Position numbers and translations under genes: made by a program. The notes beneath the pieces are model-generated. The model searched no databases and had not been told where the DNA came from. It saw nothing but the letters and a program-made list of their open reading frames with translations. From positions 186,001-250,000 of the forward strand of contig NW_021832124.1 of the NCBI RefSeq assembly GCF_006345805.1: a DNA stretch of 64,000 bases. Direction: 5' to 3'. This document shows positions 38,105 to 50,034 of the stretch, one piece after another; the first letter of the stretch is position 1, and each line of letters opens with the position of its first letter. This stretch comes from Octopus sinensis. Taxonomy: Eukaryota.

Positions 38105-39750
38105 AAGAAAGAATATCCTCGATGATGAGGTCCCCCAAAACCTTCAAGTCAATTTTCTGCGTTTTTGTTAAAATGAACAACAAGAAAGTCCTCGACTCAC
38201 ATGATGTGGTCCCCCAAAACCTTCAAGCCAAAAAATTAAAAAAAATTATTTTCTGCGTTTTTGTTAAAATGAACAACAAGAAAGTCCTCGACTCACATGA
38301 TGTGGTCCCCCAAAACCTTCAAGCCAAAAAATTAAAAAAAATTATTTTCTGCGTTTTTGTTAAAATGAACAACAAGAAAGTCCTCGACTCACATGATGTG
38401 GTCCCCCAAAACCTTCAAGCTAAAAAATTAAAAAAATTATTTTCTGCGTTTTTGTTAAAATGACCAACAAGAAAGTCCTCGACTCACATGATGTGGTCCC
38501 CCAAAACCTTCAAGCCAAAAAATTAAAAAAAATTATTTTCTGCGTTTTTGTTAAAAGAACAACAAGAAAGTCCTCGACTCACAATGTGGTCCCCAAAACC
38601 TTCAAGCCAAAAAATTAAAAAAAATTATTTTCTGCGTTTTTGTTAAAATGAACAACAAGAAAGTCCTCGACTCACATGATGTGGTCCCCCAAAACCTTCA
38701 AGCTAAAAAATAAAAAAAATTTTTTCTGCGTTTTTGTTAAAATGACCAACAAGAAAGTCCTCGACTCACATGATGTGGTCCCCCAAAACCTTCAAGCAAA
38801 AAATTAAAAAAAATTATTTTCTGCGTTTTTGTTAAAATGAACAACAAGAAAGTCCTCGACTCACATGATGTGGTCCCCCAAAACCTTCAAGCAAAAAAAT
38901 TAAAAAAAATTATTTTCTGCGTTTTTGTTAAATGAACAACAAGAAAGTCCTCGACTCACATGATGGGTCCCCCAAAACTTCAAGGTAAAAAATTAAAAAA
39001 ATTATTTTCTGCGTTTTTGTTAAAATGAACAACAAGAAAGTCCTCGACTCACATGATGTGGTCCCCCAAAACCTTCAAGGTAAAAAATTAAAAAAATTAT
39101 TTTCTGCGTTTTTGTTAAAATGAACAACAAGAAAGTCCTCGACTCACATGATGTGGTCCTCCAAAACTTTCAAGCCAAAAAATTAAAAAAATTATTTTCT
39201 GCGTTTTTGTTAAAATAAACAACAAGAAAGTCCTCGACTCACATGATGTGGTCCCCCAAAACCTTCAAGCCAAAAAATTAAAAAAAATTATTTTCTGCGT
39301 TTTTGTTAAAATGAACAACAAGAAAGTCCTCGACTCACATGATGTGGTCTCTCAAAACCTTCAAGCCAAAAAATTAAAAAAAATTATTTTCTGCGTTTTT
39401 GTTAAAATGAACAACAAGAAAGTCCTCGACTCACATGATGTGGTCCCTCAAAACCTTCAAGCCAAAAAATTAAAAAAATTATTTTCTGCGTTTTTGTTAA
39501 AATGAACAACAAGAAAGTCCTCGACTCACATGATGTGGTCCCCCAAAACCTTCAAGCCAAAAAATTAAAAAAAATTATTTTCTGCGTTTTTGTTAAATGA
39601 ACAACAAGAAAGTCCTCGACTCACATGATGTGGTCCCCCAAAACCTTCAAGCCCAAAAATTAAAAAAAAAATATTTTCTGCGTTTTTGTTAAAATGAACG
39701 ACAAGAAAGTCCTCGACTCACATGATGAGGTCCTCCACAACCTTCAAGCC
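38105..39750. repeat. Tandem array, 17 full units of ~95 bp (93-97) plus a partial first unit
   Basis: GTCCTCGACTC recurs at 38188, 38284, 38380, 38475, 38570, 38663, 38757, 38852, 38947, 39040, 39135, 39230, 39326, 39422, 39517, 39612 and 39709. Units differ mostly in homopolymer length. Confidence 0.97.
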
Positions 39751-40379
39751 TCGTGAGGCCATTAATTAGCTTAGCTATCTTTTTTCGATGACATAAATTC
39801 TTTTTTGTTAAATTTTCGTTAAAAAAATAAAATAAAAGCTCTAATTGTTATCGACCATGAATATACTGTGCAATTATCAGATTTTGAAAACCACTAAAAA
39901 GGAAAAAGCAAAAATTATTAGAGATTTACATAATTGATTCTTTTTAACTGCCGAAACTGACAAATTCGATTATGCTACTGTTTAGATTTCTTAAAAGATA
40001 GAGGCAAATAAAATTTAAATTAGTCATGTAAATTTCAATTTGCCTATATTTAAATCTCCTTGATTTAACAGGCTTTAACCGAAACAGACAAGTTCGATTA
40101 TGCTAAAGTTTCAATTCCTTTAAACATAGAGGCAATTAAGTATAATGGCTTTGATTGGATAATACACTTTACATAAATTTCACTAAATAAATTTACGTAG
40201 AAAATTTAATATAAATTACTGATTCGCGTTTACAAAATCATAAGAATGTCCTATAAAGAGAGATCTGAGAATGTTAACAAACAAGAGAATATGAACCATA
40301 TAACAAAAAAAGAGAAACGAGGGAAGATGTGCTTAAATGGTGAGGGAACTTAGACAACAGCTGGACAAGGTCAGGACTG

Positions 40380-41221
40380 CTGTTAGACTCAACTACGGGT
40401 AATAGAATTATGCATTCTAGGTTAATTGTTTGGGATGAATGTACGATGGCTCATAAAGGCGCATTCAAGCAGTTGACCGAACATATAGAGATATCAAGAA
40501 TTGTAGCGACCATTTGTTTGGGGGAGCATTAGTTGTATTGGCAGGTGATTTTAGACAGACGCTGCCAATTATTCAAAGAGGGACGCCTGCGGATGAATTG
40601 AATGCCTGCCTCAAATCGTCATATTTGTGGACACACGTGAAAAAGGTAAGCTTAGATGTAAATGTACATGCACATTTACAAGGCGTTAATAGCATATTCC
40701 CACAAATCCTTCTAGATATTGGAAATGGGGCAATCACTTCAGAAATGCACGACCAGAAAATTAGGCTACCGGAAGAATTATGTATTTTCGTAGAAACAGC
40801 AGAAGAATTATTGAATGCCGTCTATTCCGAACTATCTGAACACTACGTGAATTTCGACTGGCTGCGTGAACGAGCTATATTAGCTCCACTTAATGATGAG
40901 GTACTTAATATAAATTTAGATTTATTAATGAAAATCCCTGGCAGAGAAAGAATATATAAATCGGTCGACGTTATTATGGACCATGAAAGGGCCTGCGATA
41001 GATTTAAGAGACTACAATTTCCGCTGAAGATAAGTTTTGCTATGACAATAAACAAGGCCCAGGGACAGTCTTTAAAGGTAGTAGGCTTATTTTTAGAGAA
41101 CGAGTGCTTTTCACATGGCCAGCTGTATGTGGGGGCTCAAGGGTAGGTAGAAGAGAAATTTATTTATATTTGCCAAGGATGGACGGACTGCAAACATCGT
41201 TTATCCACAGGCCTTAGAATA
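40380..41221 (+). pseudogene. Helitron PIF1-type helicase remnant
   Basis: ORF 40514-41146 plus flanking frameshifted segments. An internal deletion lies between SVDVIMD and RLQFP. Confidence 0.88.
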
Positions 41222-41351
41222 AGGTTATATCAAAGCAGGTCGCATTTATATATCTACATAAATTTATAGTTATTTAAGGAAACTGCGAGCGTAGCGAGCA
41301 GGGCCTCCGCAGGAGCTAGCTCGCAGTGAGCGAAGCGAACTGCTGAGCTAG

Positions 41352-42300
41352 TTTTTTAATAATTACGAATTAACACTTAAAACAAACGACGTGCGCCATT
41401 GTAATAAAAAAGAAGTAAATTTGCAAAAATTACCATATCAATTTCTCATTAAAAATTTGAACAAAAATTGCCCTTATCTCATGTGGATTGGGATGTCAAA
41501 TTCGTTTCGCATCACCAATCCACCAGAACTTGCAAGAATGTGGGGGGAGTTGAAAAACAACCCTAAGATGACGGTTGACAAGTTCAACCGCGTCTTAAGG
41601 TTGTACTACAACAACCCCAGGATCTTAAAAGAGAAAAAGGACAAAAAATACCTATACTTTTTATTATGATGTTCCTTGGGATTCTACTGAAGAATATACA
41701 CCTTACTACTCGAATGCATATGAGCCCCCACTGACTGAAAATCAAAACCACTTTGGGGAGTGGAGTTTCTTTCCGCAATATTATGATGATTTTTCAAATT
41801 ATAACTTCTTTTATTAAAATTCTTTTATGATGATATTTGGTCAAAAGATATCCCTTGGCAATCTATTGAGACGCCTCTTTCCTCAATATTACAAAGATCT
41901 GTCAAACTTTGACTTCTTTTATTGAAATTATTCATTCTTTAAATAAAATTTCCATATATTAATTGTTACATTTATACAAAATACTAGGTTGGGAAAGAAA
42001 TGATCGATTTTCTCTTAGATCTGACCCAAGTTTATTGATTATCGATTGTTTTGAAACAAAAACAGTAAAATTGCCGTAATTGCGTCTCCACGAACAATAT
42101 AAATACGTGTTTTGAGTTCTGCGGATGATAATTACTTTTTTGAAATGAAGATTTGTTTATACGAATTTCTCATTGAAAATTTAAACAATAAATGCACTTA
42201 TTTCTGAATGTGAAGACATACTTTCGGGGCTATACAATTTATTGATTATCCACTCCTTCTGAAATAAAACAAACTGGTTTGTCCTCACAGTTATTAATAA
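41352..42300 (+). repeat. ETS repeat copy B (ORF 41391-41669, TATA/ATG deleted) with nested truncated copy D (42067-42207)
   Basis: Near-identical ETS coding sequence to 9539-9748, but read through to ...ILKEKKDKKYLYFLL*. A second 5' piece with TATA and MKICLYEFLIENLNNKCTYF* lies at 42145-42207. The 3' flank aligns to 9053-9480. Confidence 0.88.
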
Positions 42301-43124
42301 AAAGAAAGCTATTTTGCTCAAAATATTCCTTGCCTGAGATCTCCATTACTGAAATTGTTTTGTCAAAGAGTGGTCATTGGAGCAAATATTTCTGCAATCA
42401 TTAGGAATAAATAATCCTGTATAACTTGTTTACCGTTATTTGGAAATTAAGTTATTTTTTAATAACTCTTAATTTTTGAGAGTGCAATAGATTTTCCAAA
42501 TTCTCTGCAAGTCAGTAAATCTACAAGACTGTTTGAAAACGTTCTAAAATCCATGAAAGACAATATTAAAAACAAGAACGATTTTTATGTCGAGCCAAGT
42601 TTGTACATATAAATGACTAGTTGGTCACTTGATCAAGAATGAGGCTCAAACGAATTCAACGGGAAATATAATTTAACTTGTAATGGAAATTTGAAATTAT
42701 TGTCATACAAATACAACAACAATGACCGACAAGTCCCTTCATTCAAGTTATCAAAATATGGCAAGACAAAATTACTTCTCACGTGAAAAATCCGAGGATC
42801 TCGGAAATAATACTCAAAAAAACTTGAGAAAATTGTATCAGTACAATCACTGTTCATAATGTTTATCAGAATTTAAAAATGTCTTCATATCAATTGTTTT
42901 AGAAAAAGAAAAGATTTGAAGAACCAATAAACATAAGAATAATGAGTAGTGATAAATAAAGAATGAAAATAATTCACAATAATGAAAAAATATTTACAAA
43001 TTAAATAACACTGCTACACCACAAAAAATACAAATAAAAGTACACGTGTGAACGTATGCAGAATTAATTTTGTTTTATTAATTTATATTGATAAAAAAAG
43101 AAACTAATTAACTAAGTGATTTTT

Positions 43125-44278
43125 ATAGCTAAGTCCAAGTCTTCGAAGTCAGCAGAGGGTGGCACTCCACACATTTCCTTCCCTTCTTCCTCCTCTTCTC
43201 TGGCACTGTAGACCTTCGAGAAGGTGCAATCCAGGGCCTTTCGCTGACTAAACGTGGTGGAGAGTACAACATTCCAGATCCTCAATATCTTCAAAATGGA
43301 AGTAATGGATGTTGTCGAGTCTTTTACTCACGTATTCGAATAGTTGTATTGCACAATTTCAAATTGATTTGCAAAATGTTAGAATGGACGGATGACCTCG
43401 ACTTGAGAGTAGGTATTGTCTAATTGGTAGATTGTGATCATTTCCTTAAAAAGCAGATCTGCAACATCCCCAGCAACAGCCACAATCCACACTTCCTTCC
43501 CAGAAATCGAGGACTTTTACAAGGACTTTGTCACCCTCGGGTCGGTGGTGAATGACTGTGGTTTGTTGGATTTGTGCTATCTCAGGACTGCAGCAATTTT
43601 TGTAATTCTCTCGGAGTAATCTTCGGACAATAAGGTCCATTTCATCACTCGGCTCCAATTCGATCAGACCAACCTATCGCGTACTCGCAATGAGATGGCG
43701 TACTCGTTCAAGGCATGAAATAAGTTCCGTGCATTGAGGCAAGTTTTACATAACATTGCCGCCCTACTACGCACACTTTCTCGTTTCGGGTGTGATTAAT
43801 GAGGCTGGGCTCTCAATCACACCAAGATACTTATTACCTTGGTGTTCCTCCAAGACTTTGACTAGGTCACCAGGGGTGTTAGTCGCCGACTTGTTGTAGT
43901 TGAGCTCCAGCCCCACGGCCTTCATGAAACCTTTCAAGACTTTGCCCATCGAGTGGAGGATCTCTGAAGACCGAGCGGACAGTTTTATGTCGTAAAACAT
44001 CCTCCTTCATGTTCGATCGACATTTGTTAGAATTGGGCAGTGAGGACTCTACTCAGCGGTTCTAGGCAGAGGACAAACAGCAGCAGAGACATGCTGTCGC
44101 CCTGTAATATGCCCCTCTCTAGCTTCACCTCGCCTATATCGCAATTGTTGTAATGCAGATGAACGTTCCACCTGTCCATCACTGTTGCAACAAATTTGAG
44201 AAAACCATGGAGGCAACCTAAGCCTTCGCAGACACTCAACGAGGTAGGCATTACCACAGAGAGCATGTGTAAATTCAT
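43125..44278 (-). mobile_element. R4/Dong-like RLE retrotransposon fragments (RT to 3' end)
   Basis: LERGILQGDSMSLLLFVLCLEPLS, FYDIKL, GLELNYNKSA, KYLGVIE. The 3' end is homologous to 35477-35590. Confidence 0.8.
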
Positions 44279-44733
44279 TTATATTTAATGATTACAAATT
44301 TATCTTCAAAACAAACCGGAATTGACGCCGTTTTAATTAAAAAAGACGCAAATTCGCAAAAATTGCCGTAATTTACGTCTCCACGAACATATAAATACGT
44401 GCTGTGCGTTCTGGGATGACAATTACTAATTGGAATGAAGACGTGTTTTATATCAATTTCTTATTGAACACCTAAACAAGAAGTGTCCGTATCTCACGTG
44501 GAAGGGATGTCGAATGTCGTTTCGCATCACCAATCCACCAGAACTTGCAAGATGTGGGGGGAGGTTGAAAAACAACCCTAAGATGACGGTTGACAAGTTC
44601 AACCGCGTTTAAGGTGTTGTACTACAACAACCCCAGGATCTTAAGAAGAGAAAAAGGACAAAAAAATTACCTACACTTTTCATCATGATGCCCTTATCAA
44701 TCTACTGAGAAATATACTTACTCGAATGCATAT
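44270..44733 (+). repeat. ETS repeat copy C (ETS region 44435-44690, many indels)
   Basis: Aligns to the reverse complement of 9450-9915 with scattered 1-nt indels. Retains ACCGGAATTGACG and TATAAATA upstream. Confidence 0.88.
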
Positions 44734-44827
44734 CAAGGTCGAGTAGTTGTCCACCATTTAGGGACTGGCAACCCCAATCAACAAGTTTTATGAGATGGGG
44801 ATTTTGTATCAACGGTATAATTATTTA

Positions 44828-45135
44828 TTAAACTGGCCCAACCCAGATGCCTTCCAATGAACACTTGTTCGCCTCTAAATGACATGAACACACAGCTTGG
44901 ATTGGATGCCACTCCTCTTCTTTATATGCCCATATGACACCCGTAAATATAAGAATTCCATTAGTTCTGTGATACGTATTGTACAAAAGATGTTTGCCTT
45001 CTTCCGAAAGACAACTTTGGACTGAATGTTTGTTGATCAATTGTGGGTGTCGAACTCCGAGAAGATGCACTCCAGCAATCTTCGCTGAATAAATGTCAGG
45101 ATAAGACTGGAACCCCAAAGACTGAGGAAACAATA
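44828..45135 (-). mobile_element. R4/Dong-like retrotransposon RLE-region fragment
   Basis: Shares TAAATGTCAGGAxAAGACTGGAACCCCAAAGACTGAGG with 35580-35620. Confidence 0.6.
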
Positions 45136-45277
45136 TCCTTTAGATTTGTTTGCCGAATGATTTGTAGTTTCCTAAACGGTTTGCTGTCACCTCTCATTCT
45201 ATTTTAATTAATAATAATAAGTCCTCAAAATATACGCAAAATTAATTTAAAAATAGTTGGAATACATTTGGTGTGCC

Positions 45278-48200
45278 ATGAGCGGTGCTTTGCGTATATG
45301 TGATGAAATCGACAGGGGACACGGAGACAGTACCCTCCCCTTAAATGTTAGCATGTGGTCTCTAATATAGTCCCTCGATTGGTCTGCCCACTGGAATGTG
45401 GTATATCGAAAAATAATACTGGAAAACATCATATTTCTCGACGAATTGGACGAAAATTGCGACAACTATATAGTAAGCCACAACACTCACTTGTCAGCGC
45501 GAAATTGACTCAAATCCTCGAATCAGCCAACTCGATCGTTTCCCCTCAACCTCCTGAATCCACTAATTTTCAACAATTACTTCACGGACTCGAATGGGGG
45601 GGTATATATATGGGTCATCTCCCAGATCCCTCCCAACAACGACGACGTCCTCACCAAGAAGATCTCGGGGGAAGTCTCAGGACTTGTGCGGACTCTCCGT
45701 TGCTGTAGTACTGTCGGGTGAGCCTGCAGTGAAACCCAGGATGGTGGAGGAGTTGAAAAGACTGATATCCCAGCAGCAAAAGAAACTAAAAATAGACGGA
45801 CTGCTTGCCTAGTACATCATTCTCACATTGCAGCAAAGAGAGCATATTCCCAGAACACAGGGCGGCTGATTTGATGAGTGAGGTGGACAGGGAGATTGAG
45901 GACATCAAGAGTGCCCCCGTGGAAGACTACCTCCCTGAAAGACACTCCCCTCTGGTCGACTGGAAGAGGATTGTTGGCAGGGTAGGCGGTTGAATAACTC
46001 AGTTCGGGCACTGTCACCCCCCCAATCTGAGGGCACTGTGGAACAATCTCTACCACCCTTCCATTAACACTTGTTCATCGTCGGGGGATGAGGATAGGAG
46101 GATAATGGAGTTGGTGAAAGAGCACGGGGATCACAATTGGAGCACTGTGGCTGCCCAATTGGGGGTATTCTGACTGATTCAGACTAGACTCGGAGGACTC
46201 CCTTCTTTTGTCTGCAGAGGTACCAGAAGATTCGGTCATCGCATCAGAGCAGGTGGTTTGTGTGGAGTATGCAGGACGTGGGGGTCTGCCGAGGATGAAA
46301 TTTGCTGGAAGTAGTGGACAGTCTGTGTTTGGGTGACCGAGTGTCCTTCAAGGAAGGTTAGAATATTATTCTACGTGAGTGAGTCTGTACATGTCCAATC
46401 GAAGCAGAGTGGAGTGCCAGAAACGGTACAACGAGTTGTGTCCCCGTCGTTGTCTGGGCACGTGGGGAGTGGAGGAGGACGAGGTTGTGTGTCCTGGTCA
46501 CTCCCAGAGACTGTTGGCCGCCATGAGGACGAATGGACTGACCAGATATCGCTGGGGGGACGTGGCCAGTCGTGTGGGGACGAGGACTGCTGGACAGTGT
46601 CGACAGAGGTGGACATCAACCTTGTGGAAGGCCGGGGGAGTGGACGACGAGGTTCTGGTGAGGACTGTGGAGAGAATGGGGTACAGGTGGGGACATGTGG
46701 CAAGGGAGGTGGGGGCTCCCCCCGACATGTGCAAACACCGCTACCGAATGCTGTCAACCTACAATCGACGACTCATCAGTTCGGCCTTCCAAAGGGTGGT
46801 CCCCTCCTTTATTCCAGGTCCGCTACGACCCAGCCATCCGCGTTGACCTCAAACTTACCGACAAGTTGAAGGGCCATGTTCGCCGACTGTGTCAGATTGA
46901 GCGACAGTTCCTTCAGGAGACGACAATTCTGAGGAAGAAGCAGGCCAGTCTGAGCATAGCTCGCCCATTCGACGTGTCTGACCCAACCATTGACTCTTCT
47001 CTCCTGCAGGTGCCTTCTTCGGTCATTCCAGATTGCTGCTGAGTTGGCCGAGCACTCCAATCGACTGGCTCGAGAACGACGTGAACTGGAAGTGGACTTT
47101 TCTGACACTCTGTACAACTTGGAGATGAGGATGCTCAACTCGGGGACCAGTAAGGCGTGTTGGTCATCACAGACTCGCATTCACACATTCCTGCTGCTGC
47201 TCTGTCCTCCTCCAATCTGCTCTCGAGGGGGATTCTCCGCAAAGGAGTGACTCGATTCTTTGCTCAGCCACTCCCTGATTTGACGGACGGACTGAGTGAT
47301 GAGGAGGCAATTAATATTCTGGTGACCCTCACTTGGCATTGCAGATGAACTCGTTGTGGGCGGAGATTGACAAATGCAGTAGTCGAGGACAGAAGAACAT
47401 AACTCCCCGTCTGTTCAGCAATCAAATCATTTCCCACCACGTAGAGGGTGTGTTCATTCGTAGGGCACTCCTCTCAGTTCTCCCTCAGTCACCTCCCTCT
47501 ACTACCGGGAGTGTCTGATGGAACATTACAGAGACCATTTCAGTGGAACCAAAGTCCTTGGGAGACCACGCACTTATTTTAGTTTGGTTTGTACAATCAG
47601 TGCAGTCGGACTCAACTCGGATGTCCCCACTTTCTGTCAACATGAACAGTCCCCACAAATCACAGGAGCTGTCATATTGAAGGTAGCAATGCAGGTTAAC
47701 CCAGCAGACACTCTCCGTGGACATAACGTGTGTTCTCGACAGAGTGAGTGATGCAGTCCTGCGGGAGTACAACATGGACAGTCAGTCGGTGGATGTGCTC
47801 ACTCAGTCCTCTCTCATTGCCTCGGGCAAGTCCCCACAATCCACGAGGGAGTTATTCGAGACTGCATTCCTCTACTTTACTGGACAGACTAGTTGTGGAG
47901 TGCAGTCGGAGGTCTCTCTCTTCCCCCCCACATTCTCCACTACACGTGCATTTGTCCGCCTGTTGAAGCAGAGACCAGACTTGGAGAAGATGTCCGTCAA
48001 GTCGTCGTTTGAAGAGGACGAACACTTCACTGCCCTCCGACTGCTCTTCATGGGTCTGTTTACATGGCCTGCCGTGTTCACCACATGTCAGCTCTCCCAG
48101 AGGTTGATCCAGTTCGGCATGTTTAGGGAACCAGTCAAGTCCACAATTCGACGGAAGAGGTAATTGTGGAGGGAGAATAGTAGACTGGGTGTGTCGGGTG

Positions 48201-48418
48201 GGTCGAAGAGGGCCAATAGGTATCGATTCTGGTCTCGGGAGAAGAAGGAGGAGTTCAGTCGGAAAATGTCCATTGCTGCCCACATCAAAGCCTGTTGAGT
48301 TGTCTGTGTCAGTTTGATAGCCGGGAAGAGGAAGGAGCCTCGTCCAGTCAGCAACGATGAGCCTGTGAGGAAATCTGCTCGTCTGGCTGAAAAAAGGGCC
48401 CGGAAGAATCAAAACTGA
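45278..48418 (+). CDS. SNAPC4: snRNA-activating protein complex subunit 4 (SNAP190)-like Myb-repeat protein; the C-terminal third could be a separate gene
   Basis: NVVYRKII, IPPNND, EVDREIEDIK...VDWKRI, LWNNLYHPSIN, HGDHNWSTVAAQLG, FCLQRY, and successive Myb repeats (RCQKRY, RYRWGDVASRVGTRTAGQCRQRW, WGHVAREV), in the same order as SNAPC4. Confidence 0.75.
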
Positions 48419-48474
48419 TTTGTAAATTTGTGAATTGAATTCTTTTTATTAATTTGAATGTTTAAATATACATA

Positions 48475-50034
48475 ATGTTTTTGTTGGGCCACTCCCTGAA
48501 GGTCATCCCCCGCCGTCTCTGTGAGGAATGGTGTATGCCCTACTTATTGACGAATGAGAAGGGACCATTTCAGCTGAGAGGCTGAGGGATAATTTGGCTG
48601 TCAGTGTGTACGAACAGTGCGGGTATAAGCTTCATACACCTCACCGAATGTTTGTCCTCCACCCATGTATCACTGTCATTAATATCCTCAGACACGAATA
48701 ATTCATCAGACACATCACAGTTGGGGGAGGCCGTCGGACTGGCCAGTACTGTCACTCCCTGGACCATCACCGGCAGTGTACTCGTCTTGGTGATATGCAG
48801 ATGTCCCACCTGGTCCAGTCCTTTCAGACTGAATTGCTCTTCTGGCCTTCCGATGTTGCCAGACTGGGCAGGATACTCAGCGAGACGGGGAGTACTGCTC
48901 TATTCGTGAACTGCCGAACACTCAAAACCCAGCAAATCAAATTTCTTCGCCAAAACCTGTCCGTGTTTGTGTTCGATCGGTGTCCTTGATTGACGTTATT
49001 TAATCAGATGGGCCGTCATTCTGCACATTTTCCGACTATTCACCAACTCTGCATATGCCAAGGGGCAGCTCTACTTGGCTGAACTTTACTTTCTTAAGTA
49101 CACATCACCCACTCACCAATCAGGGCTCGATTTATGGCTGCCGACAAACTGATAATGTCTCCTGACGAATGCCGAGTGTCCATCGATGTAGGAAGTATAA
49201 TTGAACGTAGAAATGTATCAAAAATGTCAAAAAACTGGTGGAAAGGAATAAGAATGTGCAGACCAGTAGAACGGCCTCCAAATTGCTGAATATTTCCGTG
49301 ATTGGCTACACAAATGCAGGCACACTTCCCTCCTCATCGACAGGCAAGACTTCGTTGATTCGATGCCTCACGGAGGATACCCGTCTTCGAGGCAACCCGA
49401 GACTATTCTCCACATTGGATGTGAGTGCCCACGTGGGAACTTTATTTGACGGAACCCCCGTGACCTTCCATGACACTGTCGGGTTTGTGGATATGCTCCC
49501 AGTCCATCTTCGTCCTTGTTTTGAGGCAACATTTCTCGATTCTGTCAATTCTGTACTTCCATCAATTGTGTACTGTTTGTAGGACTTGCTGATACACGTT
49601 GTGGATGCCAGTTCGTATGACTCTGTCCTACAACAGGAGGTGGTGGAAAAGACGCTCAAAAGACTGGGAATTACTCACCCCGTCCTCACTGTCTTCAACA
49701 AAGTCGATTCCTTCCAGAAGAGTTGGCGCACAGCTTGGATGGACTGGACTGTCAAATTAGCTGCCTCACTCGCCAGGGCGTGGAAGATCTCAGGAGTAAA
49801 CTTGAGGACTTGGTGTTGGCTGAAAGACTGATAATCCGGAAGACTTTTAAGGTGATCTCGAATGGACAGATATGGAAGTGGGTGATTGGTCTGTGATTCT
49901 CCAGGTGGTGTCACGAAAATGCAGTTGTTGACAATTCTCGACTTTTTGAAGGTGATTCCGCCTACCTTGTGATCGACGTTGTTTTTTCTGCCGCCTCATT
50001 TGCTGCCTTCACCTCAAAGTTCAATAGAAAATGA
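48475..50034 (+). CDS. GTPBP6: HflX-family GTPase GTPBP6
   Basis: SQLGEAVGLA, ISVIGYTNAG|KTSLI (G1), LFSTLD (G2), DTVGFV (G3), DLLIHVVDAS, VFNKVD (G4). Confidence 0.88.

Larger units (their letters stand above)
37906..41351 (+). mobile_element. Non-autonomous Helitron, both termini present (3446 bp), Rep deleted, partial PIF1 helicase, internal satellite
   Basis: Flanks A|TCTTAATAATAAAATGG...(GTCT)n at the 5' end and GC-rich inverted repeats then CTAG|T at the 3' end (AT target). Helicase motifs LIVWDECTMAHK, LAGDFRQTLPII, QFPLKISFAMTINKAQGQSL, FSHGQLYV, NIVYPQAL. Confidence 0.85.

Noticed and set aside
38105-39750. CRISPR-like array or a 32-aa repeat protein (ORFs 38122-38463 and 39248-39505)
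   Set aside because: Units are contiguous with no unique spacers and the context is eukaryotic. The reading frame is broken by homopolymer length changes in most units, so it is a satellite.
46333-48412. Long overlapping or antisense ORFs (e.g. 46333-46869, 47852-48412; also 17491-18180 and 61526-62414)
   Set aside because: These are shadow ORFs of GC-rich coding regions on the opposite strand or frame, with no recognisable domains.
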